DNA from: Snowella sp.
GTDB lineage: Bacteria; Cyanobacteriota; Cyanobacteriia; Cyanobacteriales; Microcystaceae
Reading direction: 5' to 3'
NCBI GenBank assembly: GCA_035285545.1
Contig: JAYKGY010000142.1
Span: 1-30,494 of the forward strand
Length of the DNA stretch: 30,494 nt
Positions 27,347 to 30,494 of the stretch are shown one piece after another. Below the pieces are notes generated by a model. The model was not told the origin of the DNA. It searched no databases and saw only the letters and a list, made by a program, of their open reading frames with translations. The stretch's first letter is position 1. The number at the start of each line of letters is the position of its first letter. The position numbers and the translations under genes are program-made.

Positions 27347-28021
27347 TTAGCAATGGTTAAACGATAAATCCTGCAAAAGCTTCTCGGTTAACTCAACCAC
27401 AGAATTAACCACTTGTTCTGTCAATGGTTCCGTTTTAAGGCCATGCGCGATCGCGTTCCGCAGAGAAAGAGCTTTCATTAATAATTTATATTCATAGCGA
27501 TCAATAACGCCTTCCATCACTAGCAATTTCACTAAATAGAAAGGATCTAATCGTTTTAAAGATAAATTTTCCTGCTTAGCTATTAGTCTTAATGTTGCTT
27601 CAATAAGCGACCAAGCATAGACAATAGCTGCCTCTAAATTGTGTTGAGCGATTGATTTAATTTGAGGTAACCGTAAATGTATTTCATCCGCTTGCAGCCA
27701 GTTTTCGGTTGAGATATTAGCAGTCTCTTCGGGATTAGTCATCACTAACTCAAATCGCCAGTGGGGATGTTGTTTTATCACTTTAGCCAAACTGCGGAAA
27801 TACTCAGAAGATGATGAGTCAAAAGAAAAGCGCGAGGCAAGTTCAACGACAACGGTTTCATTTCCTCGACTTAGGAGCAGGTCGGGATGATAATTTTTTA
27901 AAAAATCAGGTAGCTGCTCTGGATTAGGCTTTAATACAACTTCATAGCCTTGATTGCGATAATCGTCTACTAATTTCAGCAATAATTTACTTTTTTCTAG
28001 GTTTATTACCTGAGTTACCAT
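27347..28021 (-). CDS. REase (AHJR-like PD-(D/E)xK fold) fused to a HEPN-like domain
   Basis: N-half YRNQGYEV...HPDLLLSRGNETVVVELAS...WRFELV; helical C-half AWSLIEATLR...LRNAIAHG (RX4H). The ATG overlaps the upstream TAA (TAATG). Confidence 0.7.
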   Translation of the reverse strand: MVTQVINLEKSKLLLKLVDDYRNQGYEVVLKPNPEQLPDFLKNYHPDLLLSRGNETVVVELASRFSFDSSSSEYFRSLAKVIKQHPHWRFELVMTNPEETANISTENWLQADEIHLRLPQIKSIAQHNLEAAIVYAWSLIEATLRLIAKQENLSLKRLDPFYLVKLLVMEGVIDRYEYKLLMKALSLRNAIAHGLKTEPLTEQVVNSVVELTEKLLQDLSFNHC

Positions 28022-28425
28022 TAGCTTAATACCTCCTGACCAGGGGCTTCCGTAACGACAATATGCAAGAATTCACTTCTCCGCTCAAACCCTTCCACAA
28101 GGATCGGAGTCATCTCTTCTAATTTAAAGCTACCTGATAAATTTCGTTTTCTTAGGAGAAGATCAGTAATTTGCTTATCATCAACATAGACTAATCCAAT
28201 CAGGGCATCTTGAATCGGTTTTGCGATACTATCTACATCCATGTCAACCCTATCGTAAAAATAAGTAATTTTAAGCATTACTGCCTCTAGAAAGATTTCA
28301 TGCTCTTTATTCCAATATTTTTCTGCTTCTTGTCGTACTATTTCTTTTCAGGTTGTAATTAATGCTCGCCGTCGTGTTTGTTGAGATACAGGTGGCCCTT
28401 CTACAATAAATTCAAATTCTGTCAA
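28021..28425 (-). pseudogene. RusA-family resolvase-like gene with an internal nonsense codon
   Basis: From TTG 28425: MTEFEFIVEGPPVSQQTRRRALITT*KEIVRQEAEKYW...MLKITYFY...DVDSIAKPIQDALIGLVYVDDKQI. The TGA at 28350-28348 is in frame with the 85-aa ORF. Confidence 0.85.
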
Positions 28426-28452
28426 TTGGGTTTGAAAAAATAGATAAGGTCA

Positions 28453-29970
28453 CTAGCGAGGATTTTGAGCAGGCGAATCAGCCCGAACAAAGCCGTTAGT
28501 TTCTACCCATTGGGCTGCATCAAATCCTATCCGAATGGTGATATCTGAAGCCAAGTCTCCCGTCGAAGAGGCTTCTACCTGTCCGAGTCCTAACAGACGA
28601 TGAAGCGATCGCGCGGCTCTTAAATCTCCTTGTTGAGCCACAATCTCTGTTTTTTCAATCCCCTGGGGCGATGCGGTGATTTCGTAAATATTACGGAAAT
28701 TATTTTGACGAAGATAGGCTTTAATTCGTTGGACTAAGGCGGGATCATCGGTGGTATTTTGGAGGGCAATACTTAAACGCTCAATCGAACGATAGGAATG
28801 GCTTTGAGTTGGATTTTCGATTCCAAAATATTGATCCATCACGCGATCGCGACCCGACTCCGATAAAATCCAATAACTAACTTTTTCAAACTCATCAGCT
28901 TGGCTAAAACGACCCGGTAACATAACCATTTTCACTTGCTCTTTCGTAAGCTGTCGTCCAAAATTCGCCAACGCCAAAATTTCTTCCATACTGAGATTGG
29001 TATCCACAGAGCGTTGCAAAATATCAATCGCTTGAGGAATACGAGGAATGATAGCAGGGCTATTGAATTTACTCTGTAAAGATTTCAATAAAATCTCTTG
29101 CCGTTGAACCCGTCCAATATCCCCAATAGCATCCATGCGAAAGCGGGCAAACTGTTCAGCTTGATCGCCATTGAGGGTTTGTAAACCTGGCTCCAAATTA
29201 ATTTCCAGTTTTTGGGTCATATCTCGATAGTGCATCGGTTTTTGCACATAAACCTCAACCCCCCCCACCAAATCTACCAAGTCTCGGAACGCATTCGTCG
29301 TTACCCTGACATAGCGGTCGATGGGAACGTCATTCAACGTTTGGCTGACTACCTTAGCGGCTAAGGCAGGGCCGCCCTCTGCATTGGCATCATTAATTTT
29401 CCGATAGCCAATATCGGGAATTCTTACCCTAGTATCGCGGGGGATAGATAATACCCGTAGGGAATTATCCCCTGGTTCAAAGCGCAACAATAACATCGTG
29501 TCGCTTCGTCCAGCAAAGGCTTCAACTCCATCCGGTGGCGCATCCAACACCCGATCAATGCCCATTACTAAAACATTGACAGGGCGAGAGAGATGATAGG
29601 GCAATAAACTATTCCAGCGATTATCCTGAGCAAGCATCGCTTTTTTGCCAGGTAATTCTGTCGTTTTTGTGAGAAAATTTTGGCTGAGCGACCAATCAGG
29701 CGATAAAAAAGCAACGCCAACCCCCGCTGCTGCTGAAATTAAGGCTGTTGTGCTAAAGGTCATCCCCCAGATTAAGCCCCTTAAAAGTGGCGATCGCGAC
29801 TTAGCGGAAGAAGACTTTAAAGATGATTTTCCTGATCCTTTTCCTCGCTGAGTAGGTGGTGTAGGTTGCCCGACAGGGCGCGTCTTAATAGACACTCTTG
29901 ACTTAAGAGGAAACGGTTCAATACTTGTCATACATACCTCAGCACCACTGACGACCCAATTGGCTGTCAA
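28453..29970 (-). CDS. LCP (LytR-CpsA-Psr) family protein with LytR_C domain
   Basis: NVLVMGID, RSDTMLL, SIPRDT, KINDA, QFARFR, DIGRVQRQ, SDITIRIGFD; the true start is probably downstream of 29970. Confidence 0.93.
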   Translation of the reverse strand: MTANWVVSGAEVCMTSIEPFPLKSRVSIKTRPVGQPTPPTQRGKGSGKSSLKSSSAKSRSPLLRGLIWGMTFSTTALISAAAGVGVAFLSPDWSLSQNFLTKTTELPGKKAMLAQDNRWNSLLPYHLSRPVNVLVMGIDRVLDAPPDGVEAFAGRSDTMLLLRFEPGDNSLRVLSIPRDTRVRIPDIGYRKINDANAEGGPALAAKVVSQTLNDVPIDRYVRVTTNAFRDLVDLVGGVEVYVQKPMHYRDMTQKLEINLEPGLQTLNGDQAEQFARFRMDAIGDIGRVQRQEILLKSLQSKFNSPAIIPRIPQAIDILQRSVDTNLSMEEILALANFGRQLTKEQVKMVMLPGRFSQADEFEKVSYWILSESGRDRVMDQYFGIENPTQSHSYRSIERLSIALQNTTDDPALVQRIKAYLRQNNFRNIYEITASPQGIEKTEIVAQQGDLRAARSLHRLLGLGQVEASSTGDLASDITIRIGFDAAQWVETNGFVRADSPAQNPR

Positions 29971-30070
29971 GAATAATCATGGAATTAAGAAGTTAATGGT
30001 AACCCAAAAGTTCCCTTTTCGCACGTACTTTGGGATACAAGATCTTTGTTCTTCCTTACGCATCCTCAGC

Positions 30071-30102
30071 AAAAAGCACCCCCAATTACTGAGAGTGCTT
30101 TC
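30071..30102 (-). terminator. Rho-independent terminator of psbA
   Basis: Minus strand AAAGCACTCTCAG-TAA-TTGGGGGTGCTTTTT, about 30 nt after the psbA stop. Confidence 0.85.
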
Positions 30103-30134
30103 TGTGAAAACTAAGTTTTCAAATTATTGAAGAA

Positions 30135-30494
30135 TTAGCCATTGATTGCGGGAGCGGTTAAAGCTACAGGAGCTTGCTCACCAGAAGCTAAGTCTAAGGG
30201 GAAGTTGTGAGCGTTACGTTCGTGCATTACTTCAAAACCGATGTTTGCACGGTTTAATACATCCGCCCAAGTTCCGATTACGCGGCCTTGAGAATCAAGG
30301 ATGGATTGGTTGAAGTTGAATCCGTTCAAGTTGAACGCCATGGTGCTGACTCCCATTGCGGTGAACCAGATACCAATTACAGGCCATGCACCTAAGAAGA
30401 AGTGCAAGGAACGGCTGTTGTTAAAGGAAGCATATTGGAAGATTAAACGACCGAAGTAGCCATGAGCTGCAACGATGTTGTAGGTTTCTTCTTC
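30135..30494 (-). CDS. psbA: Photosystem II D1 protein, 3' part (5' end outside window)
   Basis: Open from the window edge: [39 protein letters not shown]...[32 protein letters not shown]-terminal Mn ligands are intact. Confidence 0.99.
   Translation of the reverse strand, partial: EEETYNIVAAHGYFGRLIFQYASFNNSRSLHFFLGAWPVIGIWFTAMGVSTMAFNLNGFNFNQSILDSQGRVIGTWADVLNRANIGFEVMHERNAHNFPLDLASGEQAPVALTAPAING

Larger units (their letters stand above)
1311..29797. repeat. HIP1 octamer GCGATCGC dispersed across the window
   Basis: Examples at 1311, 1400, 4588, 5161, 11083, 20163 and 29790; more than 20 copies seen by eye. Confidence 0.95.

Noticed and set aside
4651..28425. ruvB, dprA, xseAB and the rusA-like gene as one recombination system
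   Set aside because: They are dispersed and differently oriented, and core genes are commonly scattered in cyanobacteria; nothing indicates joint regulation.
15079..29851. Other short nested or antisense ORFs (15079, 15454, 16229, 16893, 19339, 20643, 21298, 21966, 25034, 26530, 29645)
   Set aside because: They lie within or almost entirely overlap confident genes and have no independent support.
30135..30494. Atypical (rogue) D1 variant
   Set aside because: The visible C-terminal ligands (H332, E333, H337, D342, A344) and S264 are canonical; isoform-diagnostic residue 130 is outside the window.

Overview
Cyanobacterial chromosome segment, judged from abundant HIP1 octamers (GCGATCGC), the psbA 3' end, xisHI and DUF29; probably a unicellular Chroococcales-type genome. 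The housekeeping backbone is: usp, DUF2839, M20 amidohydrolase, ruvB, lysS, def, probable 6S RNA, sdhA, an RND pump, a DAG-kinase-like gene, msrA, an aldolase/SDR fusion, dprA, xseBA, an LCP gene and psbA. AT-rich accessory inserts interrupt it. The most unusual feature is at 291-2274: four ungapped copies of a 45-bp repeat with HIP1-like ends bracket three same-strand modules (hicB interrupted by a MITE; yefM-yoeB; xisH-xisI) next to an ISL3 end, resembling a cassette array. Other accessory items are a coupled TPR-repeat + AAA ATPase pair, an IS630 relic, a DUF1156-methylase relic, a DUF29 gene inside the RND operon, and a nonsense-disrupted rusA-like gene coupled to an REase-HEPN gene. All family assignments come from motif recognition by eye; no database searches were run.
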